Shown: positions 10,380 through 20,182 of the stretch, in pieces
Layout of the letters: each line of letters begins with the position of its first letter
How positions within the stretch are numbered: the first letter of the stretch is position 1
Assembly (NCBI GenBank): GCA_009859145.1
Contig: VRVR01000051.1
Location: 2,549-66,548, forward strand
Source of the DNA: Andalucia godoyi And28
Lineage: Eukaryota > Protista > Jakobida
DNA length: 64,000 nt
Direction: 5' to 3'
Notes under the pieces: generated by a model
Database searches by the model: none
Told to the model about the DNA's origin: nothing
The model's input: the letters and a program-made list of their open reading frames with translations, nothing else
Program-made: the position numbers and the translations under genes

Positions 10380-10840
10380 TTCTGGATTGGTTGTTGTCGT
10401 ACCCACGATGCTATACAATTGAAGCAAACGCGGACGATGAGGCAACAGATTCAAGAATTAAGACGCCGTGTTTCTTCCGAACGAATTTCAAAGTCATGTT
10501 CTCAGCCGAAGTCCGGAGGGTTGCTGGTTGGATGGTCCCCCCCCCCCTTCTGCCGCTAAACATGGCGACGGCATTCGCGGACCGCGAGATCCACGTTGTG
10601 GCTGAGGAGCACGCCTCCAAGAAGACACGTGGGTCTTGTGGCATTGTTCGTCAGCCGCTAGGCGGAACAAAGTGTTACGATGCCCGTCCTGTCCGGCGAT
10701 CGGCACGTCTGGTTCGAGATTGGAATGGTGCGTGCAACGTTTACCAGGGAAGAATGCTTCGGCGTACTGGGGCATATCCCCCGTTCTGAGTTGAATTCCC
10801 CTTCGCTTCGGATGCAGGACTGAATATATGGATGGTCTCA
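10380..10840 (+). mobile_element. Highly decayed Fanzor2/TnpB relic (copy 3)
   Basis: Pieces in shifting frames: MRQQIQEL, LLVGWSP, REIHVVAEEHASK, GSCG, KVLRCPSC, RDWNGACNVY and GAYP. The 3' DNA gatgcaggactgaatat resembles gatgcaagattgaatat of copy 2. Confidence 0.75.
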
Positions 10841-10934
10841 CCGATGAGGAGGAATTGTCGTACGCGATCGCTTAAAGAAGAATGCATGCATATAAAAAGT
10901 ATGTGTACGAATGGGTGTCGTCTGTTCAAAAATA

Positions 10935-11927
10935 CTACTGGATGCCGCAGCCGGATTCGTCGTCTTGGAGCGCGTCGACGACCTCGATGACGCCATCAAC
11001 AATGCTAGAGACATCGCGAAACGCGGCTTCTTCGAGCTGCGCGCTGCGCTCTGCATTCTCGAGGACCTCCGACTTTCCGGCGGCCTTGAGAGACTGGAAT
11101 GCCTCGTACACAGGGATGTTGTCAAACCACTGCTGCTGAACGCTGTCAGAGAGTTCCCAGAATGAAATGGACCCGCTGGCGTCCTTGTCGACAGCTTGGA
11201 ATGCAGACAGGATATACTCCACACAAGAGTGCCACAGATCATCCAGGATATGCGGGACTCCAAGCACTGCAACGTCCGACGCGACCATTCTGCGCATAAA
11301 CGACAGGAACTCCTCCTTTGAAATCACACCGTCCTTATTCAAGTCCATCTGCGAGAACATAATCTTCATGCGCTCACGATCGTCTGCGCAAGTAAGCGAG
11401 GAGACTCCGAATGCAAACTCTTCGAAATCAATCTGTCCAGAGCGATCCGCATCGAAAACATCAAACACAAGATGCAGCTTTCCAATCTGCTGGTCTTGCG
11501 GTTGTCGCTCGGGGAAAACATCCAGCAGCGCAAGCTTGAATCCTTCGCGATTCAGCTTTCCCTCCGCTGTGGACCGTGCCTTGAAAATGGAAAACAGCTT
11601 TTCAATCTGCGCAGCAGTAAGATTCGATGCATGGCGCAGCTTGCGTACTTTTTGCTCGTTCAGCTCAAGCTGTTGCGCACGAGACTCTGCGGATTTTCCC
11701 ATCACAATCTCGGGATAAGGAGGCGCAAGACTCGCGCGGATCGAAAAATAATTTGCCGCATACTTGACGGGGTCCACAGGTTGCACGCGCAGGATTTCCT
11801 TTGTAAACTCTTTCAGAATCGGAGCCAGCTCCTGCGGAATGCGTATCTGCTCTGCGCAGTACAGCACATCCGTATCAAGACCGTTTGCGGGCGCACGCGT
11901 CGATCCGCTGGAATGTGAAAACGACAT
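10935..11927 (-). CDS. RIIa-type D/D (ropporin/RSP11-like) domain plus EF-hand protein with C-terminal CGIQ
   Basis: YCAEQIRIPQELAPILKEFTKEILRVQPVDPVKYAANYF; EF loops DADRSGQIDFEE, DLNKDGVISKEE and DKDASGSISFWE. ATG at 11927. Confidence 0.8.
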   Translation of the reverse strand: MSFSHSSGSTRAPANGLDTDVLYCAEQIRIPQELAPILKEFTKEILRVQPVDPVKYAANYFSIRASLAPPYPEIVMGKSAESRAQQLELNEQKVRKLRHASNLTAAQIEKLFSIFKARSTAEGKLNREGFKLALLDVFPERQPQDQQIGKLHLVFDVFDADRSGQIDFEEFAFGVSSLTCADDRERMKIMFSQMDLNKDGVISKEEFLSFMRRMVASDVAVLGVPHILDDLWHSCVEYILSAFQAVDKDASGSISFWELSDSVQQQWFDNIPVYEAFQSLKAAGKSEVLENAERSAQLEEAAFRDVSSIVDGVIEVVDALQDDESGCGIQ

Positions 11928-12385
11928 TGAGTACCCCGGGAACTGTGAAATGCTGCTGCAGGACGGATAGATCGAGTATCGTGAAACGTAGAATTTACTA
12001 ATTGCAGCAAAGAAAAGAGGAGGAGAGGAAACGAAAACTATCCAATCCAAATCAATCCAATCCAAAACCAAACCAAACCAAACCATACGAACAAAACAAA
12101 ACGAAACCAAACGGAGCGAAGGAGTAAAAAGAACCCACTTGGAGGAATGTCGGCAGTTGAGACACCAAACGGTTTCGACTACAGTAGGAAGTCAAGCACG
12201 CGGGTATTTCAAGACCCAGAGGCAGATTGACTGGGGGATCGTGGACGGCTTGCTGAACGAAGCACCATCTGAAGAACACGGGGTAGGGGGGTAGGAGAAG
12301 AAAATTAAGGAGAAGAAAATGAAAATGAAATGAAATACTGCAATAATGACCCAAGCAAACCATTCATACTCTGCAAACAACTGTA

Positions 12386-13087
12386 CTAGAACTTCATCCA
12401 ATCATCGCCGCTGCTCTGTTGCTGCGGCTGTTTTTGCGCACTTGCGAAATCGCCAAACATGTCGGTGGTTCCAGCCGCGGGAGCCTGTGCGTTTTTTGCC
12501 GACGGCGGTGGCAAGAGTCCGGCACCCTTGGGCTTCGGGAGCGTTCCGATGGAGGAACCCGAGGAGCCCGGTCCAGCGGAAGCAGACGGCTTTGCGGTCT
12601 TTACCTTTCCCTTGATGTCGATTTTGATCGACTGGCCTTCTTGCAATGAATAGTTTGTCGCCGGGACATTGGACTCGACGGGTGCCTCATGTTCGCGTTG
12701 GATCTGCTTTGCATAGTCCTGGAGCGCAACTTGAAAATCAAATGCATCGGAACGTTCTGTAAAACCCATTCCAATGAATGCATGGCGGCCGGAACCGTCC
12801 TCAATACGAAGAACAAAGTACCGTGAAGAGTCCAGCACTCGCTCCACTGCTTGTGGCGCTCCAGGGGCAGTGTTGACCGTGCAGGTTGCAAACAGCGATC
12901 CATTGGTCTTGTCTTCTAGCTTGATGCTGCAGATCTCTCCCTTTCCAAAAACAGTACAGCGACCATTCCAGATCAGATTGCCCTCCCAATCGCCAGCCTT
13001 GTATCCGGCAGACGTCTGACGAGGAGGAATCTTGTAAACATGGACGTCATTGCACGTAAATAGTAACCGTTCAATCTCGTCTTCCAT
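12386..13087 (-). CDS. NECAP: Adaptin ear-binding coat-associated protein
   Basis: VHVYKIPPR, AVERVLDSSRYFVLRIED, HAFIGMGFTERSDAFDFQVALQD and C-terminal WxxF (DDWMKF). Confidence 0.93.
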   Translation of the reverse strand: MEDEIERLLFTCNDVHVYKIPPRQTSAGYKAGDWEGNLIWNGRCTVFGKGEICSIKLEDKTNGSLFATCTVNTAPGAPQAVERVLDSSRYFVLRIEDGSGRHAFIGMGFTERSDAFDFQVALQDYAKQIQREHEAPVESNVPATNYSLQEGQSIKIDIKGKVKTAKPSASAGPGSSGSSIGTLPKPKGAGLLPPPSAKNAQAPAAGTTDMFGDFASAQKQPQQQSSGDDWMKF

Positions 13088-13964
13088 GACTGCCCTGTGA
13101 TGATTGGTGGTAGTATTATATAATATAAAAAAATGTGAACTGGGAAACTTGCGCGGCCGTGCGGGTGCGGGTGCGGGGCAATGCGGGGCGGGACGGAGGG
13201 CAGGGAAGAAAATGTGTCAAGCAGGCAGGACAAAAAGTGGTGGGGGGAGAACAGAAGAGAATGCAAGATCATAAGAACAAAAAAACAAGAAACTAAAAAA
13301 CCATTGGGTAGTGGAGCCCTTCCCCAATCGGGCCACGTTTCTTTCATCACAGCTCTGGGTAATTTCAATTCAACCTCTTGGAAAGAGGAGGGGTTTTCAG
13401 GGAGGGTTTTCGTGCAAAATACAAAACAAAAAAACAGTGGGGGAAAACCCCGCAAAATATTTTGGAGAAAAGTCGTGTCTCCTCCACCCCCAATCGATGC
13501 TCCAGCAGTTTCGTCTGCTCTCCTTCGTTCTTTTAATTGTTTTTCTCTTTTTTTGTTTTTGTTTTTGTTTTTGTTGCGCTGTTTCGGTCTCCACAGTCTT
13601 GTACAAAATATGCAAGTCTCTCGTATGTCATTCATATTTTTCCTCTAAATGTGCTTTCCCAGAGCTGAGCAACCCATTCTTACAGAAAAGCGAAGAATCC
13701 TTCATACGGCAACAGGCAGACATCCTCAACCACCTTTCCTACCTGGTATGCACTCGCACTCCCATCCACGCGGTTTTCTTTCCCGCGTGGTGTTTTTTCC
13801 CTTTCGTCCATCGCATCCACTTCTACACACATATACACACGCACACGCACACGCACACGTACACTCAACTAACCGTGCTGAATTATCCGTAACGCAATCA
13901 GGAATCGGAGATTAGAGCGAGGAAAAATGAACGGCAGGACCGAAACAAAGAACTCGAAGATGGA

Positions 13965-16793
13965 ATGCGAGAGATCGGAACGCTGCTGGAGTCACTGCGA
14001 GCCGCAAAGAACACACTGGAAAGCACGGCACAAGCAAAACGGGCAACGACAATGGTCGTCTATGCGCTGAACAAGGAACAGGAAGAAACAATCCAGCGAA
14101 AGGAATCCATTCTTAGCACCGTCGAAGAGGCTGTTTCAAAACGAGAGGAGCTCCTGCAAGACTGCAGCGGCGTGGAAAAGGAAGTTCTTGGCATTCTGGA
14201 GAAAATGAAAGCTGCAAATGACGATGCACAGACGCTCGCGAACATGGAAACCAGTGCGCAGAACCTGAAAGCACAGTGCGCACACATGGAAAACCTGGTT
14301 CAGCAAGCGGAAGCAACAAAAACGGAGCTATCTCAGAAGAAAGCAGCACTTCATGTAGACCTTGTCCGCACAAAGGTAGCTGCGGAAACCGAGCGCATGT
14401 CTGTAGCTTCTCGCAAATCGCTCATGGACGCGGAGCTCCAGCGACTGAGTGAGCATGTTCGACAAATGGAAATGCAAGTCGAGAATGCGCAATCCGAAAC
14501 AGCCATTTTGAAAGCGCAGGAACAGGAATATGAACAAGCAATCGAGACGTCGATCACGGAGCTGAGAAACGCTGTGGAGCTCGCAAACAGCGAGCAGCTG
14601 AAGATATCGCAGGATCTGCAGACTGCCAGCACGCTGTACGACGACGCGGACCACCGTCGCTCCATTCTCTCCAGAAATGCCGAGAAGTGCACAACCAAAA
14701 TCCAGGAAGCACAGCTTGCACTGAAGCTGACAGCAGCACAGCAACTGGCGTGGAAAAACGAGAAACTGAAGCTGGAAGAGGAAACTGAAAATGCTCGACA
14801 GAAACTCAACAAAGTGCAGGAGAAAGAAGCGCAGCTCCTCGAAGCAATCGGCGACCAGGAACGCATCACGGACACCGAGAAGGCTGTGCTGAACGATCTG
14901 CAATGCAGAGGAAAACTGCTCAGAGATGCCGAGGAGTCTGCGAGGCTCCTTGCGAATGAACTTCAAGCCACAGCAAATCGCATCAGTCGTGGCGAGTGGA
15001 ATGATCAAGCCTCTGGACTGTATGAGAAACTGCGCTTGACAGTCCAGCCCCTTCTATCGGGTGCAGTGACAGCAACAGCCGCCATTCCCGACATCGAAGA
15101 ACTGGCTGCAAAGACACGCGTCATGCGTTCCAAAAGAGAGTCCCTGAGTGTTGAAATCCTGAAACTCGAATCTCTTCGAAGCCGGTTGCAAGAAAAGCAG
15201 GCCCACTGCACCGACGACCTCAAAGCTTTGCAAGAAAACAACGCTGTGATCCAGCAACGTCTGCAGGAAAAACAACTGTTGCGAGACCAGCTGAATGCCC
15301 GCATGGCACAGCTCTCGTTGCAGAAGGAAGAGCAAGCATCCGTGGCAACAGCGCTTCAAAGCGATCTGGAAAGCAAACACGTCAACTGGAAAGACCTGGC
15401 TGCAGTGCTAGCAAATAACGACGTCAACGTAGAAAACTTCGACATTTTTTCACAAAAGATCGAACAAGAAATGGAGCGTGGAAATGCAGCTTTCTTGGAA
15501 CAGGCTACGAAGCGAATCCGAGATATTCTGCGAGAGCAAAATGCCGCCGGTGCTCCGAAAAACACTGCTCCTTCTGTTATTCCATCCTTCGCCAGGCGCG
15601 TGTCAACCAGCGAACACAGTGCAGCTCCGACTCCCGTGGTGGAGGGAGCCTCCAGTGAAACGCTGACACAGAGAGAAGAATGGTCGGTGCGCCAGACGGT
15701 GCAGAATGGAGGAGAAGCCGATTTCGTGGATGACCTCGAAAACTCGAATGAAGTGGACTGTGCGGCTCTTCAAGAAGATGCTCGTGAAAGCCGTCTGCGC
15801 TCCCCGGATACCGAGGAAGCCAGTAAGCCTCCCGGAAGACCCGTGGGAAGCTTCCAGTCCGGGCAGTCGGTGGACAAGAATTTCACAGTCGACAGAATCC
15901 TCCAAGAAATCGCGTTCGACGACATTGATGACGTTCTCAGTGATGATTATTGCCAGAAGCACCTCCGAAAAGACCTCGGAGGCGAACCGATGGAGTCTGC
16001 GCAGCATATGCCAGTTGTCTCCAGTCCGGTGGGTCCGGAAACCGATGCAGCGCAGGTGGAAAAGAGGACTGCGGAGAATGAAAGAACAACCAGTCGTCGG
16101 CCTGCGCTGTCGGAAACGGGAACAAATGCACTTTTGAAACGGTCGAACCCGTACTGGAAACCAGGATCCACGCAAGAAAAGCGAGGTCAAGCAATATCGA
16201 TAACTCAGTCCTCCGTTGCAGCAGCGCCAATCCTCTCGCAGGTCTTTGAATTCGGAGAACTGCCACAGTACGGGCAGTCTCCAAACGGACCGTCTTTCGC
16301 GTTATCCTTGCAAGAAGCCTCACAACAAGCTTCCAGCAAAGCAAGTCGTGTTCGCATCGCGAAGGAAGAAGTAAGAGCAAGCCGATGGCGAAAGAACATC
16401 GTTTCTGCAGAGGCTCCGCCACTTCAGCCGAGCGCGCCGGATTATTTGAAACGATCCAAGCGCATCGTCCAGGAAATTCCACTTCGGGCGGCATCTCTGG
16501 ATAAGGAACAGACACGTCCTACGCCGGTGCGTAAGGCAAAGGAAGCAGACTTTCCTTGCGAGCCTCCCCAAATGAGGGCCTCCCAGACGCCCCCGAACGC
16601 ACCAGCAGTCCCCTGTGTACCGCAGAAGCACGCGGAAGAAAACTGCACTGCGAAGCTCATTGCAGCCCCGCTTGAACCGAGACCGATGTCCAAGAACAAG
16701 GACAAGGACAAGAAGTCTTCTTTGCACACGCTGTCAGCAACCAACGCGCCAGCACCCAAAATTCTGAAAGCCATTTTTGAATTTGATGGCTAG
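13965..16793 (+). CDS. Long coiled-coil protein with disordered C-terminus, function unknown
   Basis: 942-aa ORF with heptad-like E/K/Q/L-rich composition over the first ~520 aa. Confidence 0.8.
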   Translation: MREIGTLLESLRAAKNTLESTAQAKRATTMVVYALNKEQEETIQRKESILSTVEEAVSKREELLQDCSGVEKEVLGILEKMKAANDDAQTLANMETSAQNLKAQCAHMENLVQQAEATKTELSQKKAALHVDLVRTKVAAETERMSVASRKSLMDAELQRLSEHVRQMEMQVENAQSETAILKAQEQEYEQAIETSITELRNAVELANSEQLKISQDLQTASTLYDDADHRRSILSRNAEKCTTKIQEAQLALKLTAAQQLAWKNEKLKLEEETENARQKLNKVQEKEAQLLEAIGDQERITDTEKAVLNDLQCRGKLLRDAEESARLLANELQATANRISRGEWNDQASGLYEKLRLTVQPLLSGAVTATAAIPDIEELAAKTRVMRSKRESLSVEILKLESLRSRLQEKQAHCTDDLKALQENNAVIQQRLQEKQLLRDQLNARMAQLSLQKEEQASVATALQSDLESKHVNWKDLAAVLANNDVNVENFDIFSQKIEQEMERGNAAFLEQATKRIRDILREQNAAGAPKNTAPSVIPSFARRVSTSEHSAAPTPVVEGASSETLTQREEWSVRQTVQNGGEADFVDDLENSNEVDCAALQEDARESRLRSPDTEEASKPPGRPVGSFQSGQSVDKNFTVDRILQEIAFDDIDDVLSDDYCQKHLRKDLGGEPMESAQHMPVVSSPVGPETDAAQVEKRTAENERTTSRRPALSETGTNALLKRSNPYWKPGSTQEKRGQAISITQSSVAAAPILSQVFEFGELPQYGQSPNGPSFALSLQEASQQASSKASRVRIAKEEVRASRWRKNIVSAEAPPLQPSAPDYLKRSKRIVQEIPLRAASLDKEQTRPTPVRKAKEADFPCEPPQMRASQTPPNAPAVPCVPQKHAEENCTAKLIAAPLEPRPMSKNKDKDKKSSLHTLSATNAPAPKILKAIFEFDG

Positions 16794-16801
16794 CGGCAGT
16801 C

Positions 16802-16832
<31 letters not shown>

Positions 16833-17046
16833 GTGTTGCGAAAAGGACCCTCGTCGCTGCCACGTCGCAAGAATCTCCTCTTTTATTTTTTCTCCTACCA
16901 TGTCTGTGTCTGTTTGTGCTTCAAAAAAACCATAATAAATCCGCTTAATTAATAAAGAAACGAGAGTTGCATCGCAAGCATGGAGGGGCGCAACACAAAC
17001 ACTCTTCCACACATAATAATAATAATAATAATTTTAATTTAAAGAA

Positions 17047-19704
17047 TCACTTTTTTGCGGACGAGGAAGAGGCTCGCAAGGCGGCTTGTGCAGCAGCCAA
17101 TCGAGCAACAGGAACGCGGTACGGAGACACAGATACATTGTCAAGCCCAACCGAGTGGAAAAACTCAATGGAGTCTGGATCTCCTCCAACTTCACCACAT
17201 ACCCCAATGTCACAACCTGGTCGAACGGATCTGGCGCGCTCCACTGCAATGCGGATTAGCTTACCAACGCCATTTTGGTCCAGCGACTGGAACGGATCCG
17301 CCTTGTAAATTCCCTTTTCCAGATACCGCCGCAGGAACTTGCCAGCGTCGTCCCTCGAAAATCCACAAGTCGTTTGCGTGAGATCGTTGGTGCCAAACGA
17401 AAAGAACGAGCAAACAGAGGCGAATTCGTCTGCAGTCAGCGCCGCACGTGGCGTTTCAATCATCGCGCCGTATTTCCATGCAATGGGTGCAAAAGCAGGA
17501 TTGCGCGCAGCAACCTCGTCAATAACCTGCTTCAGCACAAGGAGCTCGTTCACGTTGCCAGCCAGAGGGATTTCAATGTGAGGGAGCGGCACAAATCCTT
17601 CGTTGAGAACGATGACGGCGGCCTCAAAAATACCTTGGCACTGCATTTCAATGATCTCGGGATACAAGATGCCAACACGGCATCCGCGGGTTCCGAGCAG
17701 GGGATTAAACTCGGCGAGCTCCTTGACCTTCTTCTGCAACTTCTCGTTCGAGATTCCCAGTTCGGAAGCAACTGCTGCGATTGCAGACGGCTCGGTGGGC
17801 AAGAATTCGTGCAACGGCGGATCCAGCAGACGAATGATGACAGGATGCCCAGAAAACTTGCGGAACAAATCCAAAAAGTCGTCTCGCTGGAACGGAAGCA
17901 ACTTGTTCAATGCCTTGACTCGCTCTTCGGTGGTTTCCGACAAGATTACCTCGCGCATATGGATGATTCTCCGGGAGTCGAAGAACATGTGCTCCGTGCG
18001 CACCAGGCCACAACCCTTTGCACCAAAGTTCACGGCAGTGGTGGCGTCTTCGGGAGTATCCGCGTTGGCAAACACCTTCAGTCGTGCAAACTCATCTGCC
18101 CAATTCAAAATAACTTCAAATGCACCCTCCACTTGGGGACTTACCAAGGGCATTGTGCCCAAAAAGACTTCTCCGGTAGATCCGTCCACCGTCAGAACAT
18201 CTCCCTCTTTGATCTGTACACCCTTCAGAGTCGCTATCTTGCGATGCTCGTCCACTACAAAGTCTGCACATCCCGCAACGCAGCACTTGTTCATTCCACG
18301 GCACACAACTGCAGCATGGCTTGTCATACCGCCACGAGCCGTCAAGATCCCCTCCGCGACGTGCATTCCCACAATGTCCTCCGCAGACGTTTCTTGGCGG
18401 ACTAAAATGGAAGGAATCTTGGACTCCGCGAGTTTGACGGCATCCACAGCGTTGAACACCACGCGTCCTACCGATGCACCGGGCGATGCTGGAAGGCCCT
18501 TTCCAATCGCTTTTGCAGCAAGTCTTGCCTTCGGATCAATCTGCTTGTGCAGAAGGTTGTCGATCTGCTTTGGCTCCACGCGCAGCACGGCTTCGGACTT
18601 TGAAATAAGCTGCTCGTTGACCATGTCCACTGCAATGTGCACTGCTGCTTGCGCAGTGCGCTTGCCAGATCGACACTGAAGGATGTACAACACTCCTTCT
18701 TCAATAGTAAACTCGACGTCCTGCATGTCCCGGAAATGCTTTTCGAGGGTTGCAAAGACCTCACACAGTTCTGCATGGACGGCGGGCATCTGTTTCTGCA
18801 TGTCATGGAGTCCGAGCGGAGTGCGGATTCCAGCAACAACATCTTCTCCCTGTGCATTTGCAAGATACTCTCCATAGTACGCATTCTCTCCCGTGGACGG
18901 ATTTCTAGTAAATGCAACTCCAGTCGCCGAGTTCGCGCTCCAGTTTCCGAACACCATGGCCTGCACATTCACCGCAGTTCCCATGTTGTGGTCAATTCCA
19001 TTAATGTTGCGGTATGCGATTGCTCGCGGGTTGTTCCACGAGTTGAACACTGCATTGATCGACATTTTGAGCTGAGCGCGAGCGTCGGTGGGAAACTCGG
19101 CTCCGGTCTCGGCCTTCACAAGCGCCAGGTACTCCTGAATCAAGGCCGCAAGGTCTTCCGCGGACAAATCCGAGTCAAACTTGACCCCCTTTCTTTGCTT
19201 TGTGGCATCCAGAATGTGCTCGAACTTGCAGTGCTCAATCTGCAGTACCACGTCTCCAAACATTTGGATGAATCGGCGAAAAGAGTCGTTCACGAATCGT
19301 GGATTTCTAGTCGTATTCTTCAGACGTTGCATTACCTTGTCATTCAGACCTAGATTGAGCACGGTGTCCATCATCCCAGGCATCGATATTTTTGCGCCCG
19401 ATCGAACGGAAAGGAGCAGCGGGTTGTCGGCATCTCCGAGAACCTTTCCGGTCTTCTTTTCGAGATCCGACAGCGCCGTCTCGATCTGGGACTCCAGGTT
19501 CGCAGGCCACTGGGACTTTTCGTTCCAAAACGCAATGCAAGTTTCTGTAGAAATGGTGAATCCGGGAGGAACACGCAGACCCATCAGTGTCATTTCGGAC
19601 AAGTACGCACCCTTTCCTCCAAGAAGCGCCTTGTCGGCCGCAGATCCTTCTCCAAAGCCATACACCCACTTTTTGGCCGCAGTCATTCTGTCGTTTCCAC
19701 TCAT
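17047..19704 (-). CDS. PPDK: Pyruvate, phosphate dikinase
   Basis: LLGGKGAYLSEM, PLLLSVRSGAKISMPGMMDTVLNLG, phospho-His signature GGMTSHAAVV, GLVRTEHMF, IRLLDPPLHEFLP and FSFGTNDLTQ. ATG at 19704 or 19686. Confidence 0.97.
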   Translation of the reverse strand: MSGNDRMTAAKKWVYGFGEGSAADKALLGGKGAYLSEMTLMGLRVPPGFTISTETCIAFWNEKSQWPANLESQIETALSDLEKKTGKVLGDADNPLLLSVRSGAKISMPGMMDTVLNLGLNDKVMQRLKNTTRNPRFVNDSFRRFIQMFGDVVLQIEHCKFEHILDATKQRKGVKFDSDLSAEDLAALIQEYLALVKAETGAEFPTDARAQLKMSINAVFNSWNNPRAIAYRNINGIDHNMGTAVNVQAMVFGNWSANSATGVAFTRNPSTGENAYYGEYLANAQGEDVVAGIRTPLGLHDMQKQMPAVHAELCEVFATLEKHFRDMQDVEFTIEEGVLYILQCRSGKRTAQAAVHIAVDMVNEQLISKSEAVLRVEPKQIDNLLHKQIDPKARLAAKAIGKGLPASPGASVGRVVFNAVDAVKLAESKIPSILVRQETSAEDIVGMHVAEGILTARGGMTSHAAVVCRGMNKCCVAGCADFVVDEHRKIATLKGVQIKEGDVLTVDGSTGEVFLGTMPLVSPQVEGAFEVILNWADEFARLKVFANADTPEDATTAVNFGAKGCGLVRTEHMFFDSRRIIHMREVILSETTEERVKALNKLLPFQRDDFLDLFRKFSGHPVIIRLLDPPLHEFLPTEPSAIAAVASELGISNEKLQKKVKELAEFNPLLGTRGCRVGILYPEIIEMQCQGIFEAAVIVLNEGFVPLPHIEIPLAGNVNELLVLKQVIDEVAARNPAFAPIAWKYGAMIETPRAALTADEFASVCSFFSFGTNDLTQTTCGFSRDDAGKFLRRYLEKGIYKADPFQSLDQNGVGKLIRIAVERARSVRPGCDIGVCGEVGGDPDSIEFFHSVGLDNVSVSPYRVPVARLAAAQAALRASSSSAKK

Positions 19705-20182
19705 CCTGTCTTTTTCTTCTTCCCTTTTCTCTTTCTCTTTCTCTTTCTCTTTCTCTTTCTCTTTCTCTTTTTCTTTTTTTCTTCTCTTTTTTGAAAGAAG
19801 AAAAGAGATGTTGTGCAGTGCGCACTGAGAGGTGCTTATCAGGTAATGCAAGTCTCGAGTTGAAAACGGAAAATTTTGGACGCCCCGGTGGATGTGCCAA
19901 AAATAGCTTTCCGTAGAAGCACGAATTTCCATTTTGGGAAAGTGCACTCCAATATTTTTTGCTTATTTATTTCCTATTCTTATTATTCTTGTTATCCTTT
20001 CATTTTTACGGACATGTCACTGCCGGCATTGGTTGGAAACAACCATGAACCATCGACACAACGAACTCCAACAAGAAAAACGAACTGCATCCAAAAGGAA
20101 GCAAATACATATAAAAGAAGGGGGAAAAACATGCATATAAATAAATAATAATCAAAACAAAATCAAACAAAATCAAACGAAA

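Noticed and set aside
19705-19947. N-terminal extension of PPDK (possible targeting peptide) in the ORF track
   Set aside because: It runs through an EKEKEK microsatellite, so it is more likely 5'UTR. The same applies to the extensions on the GATase, TADA1-like, EF-hand, GH16 and DASS ORFs.
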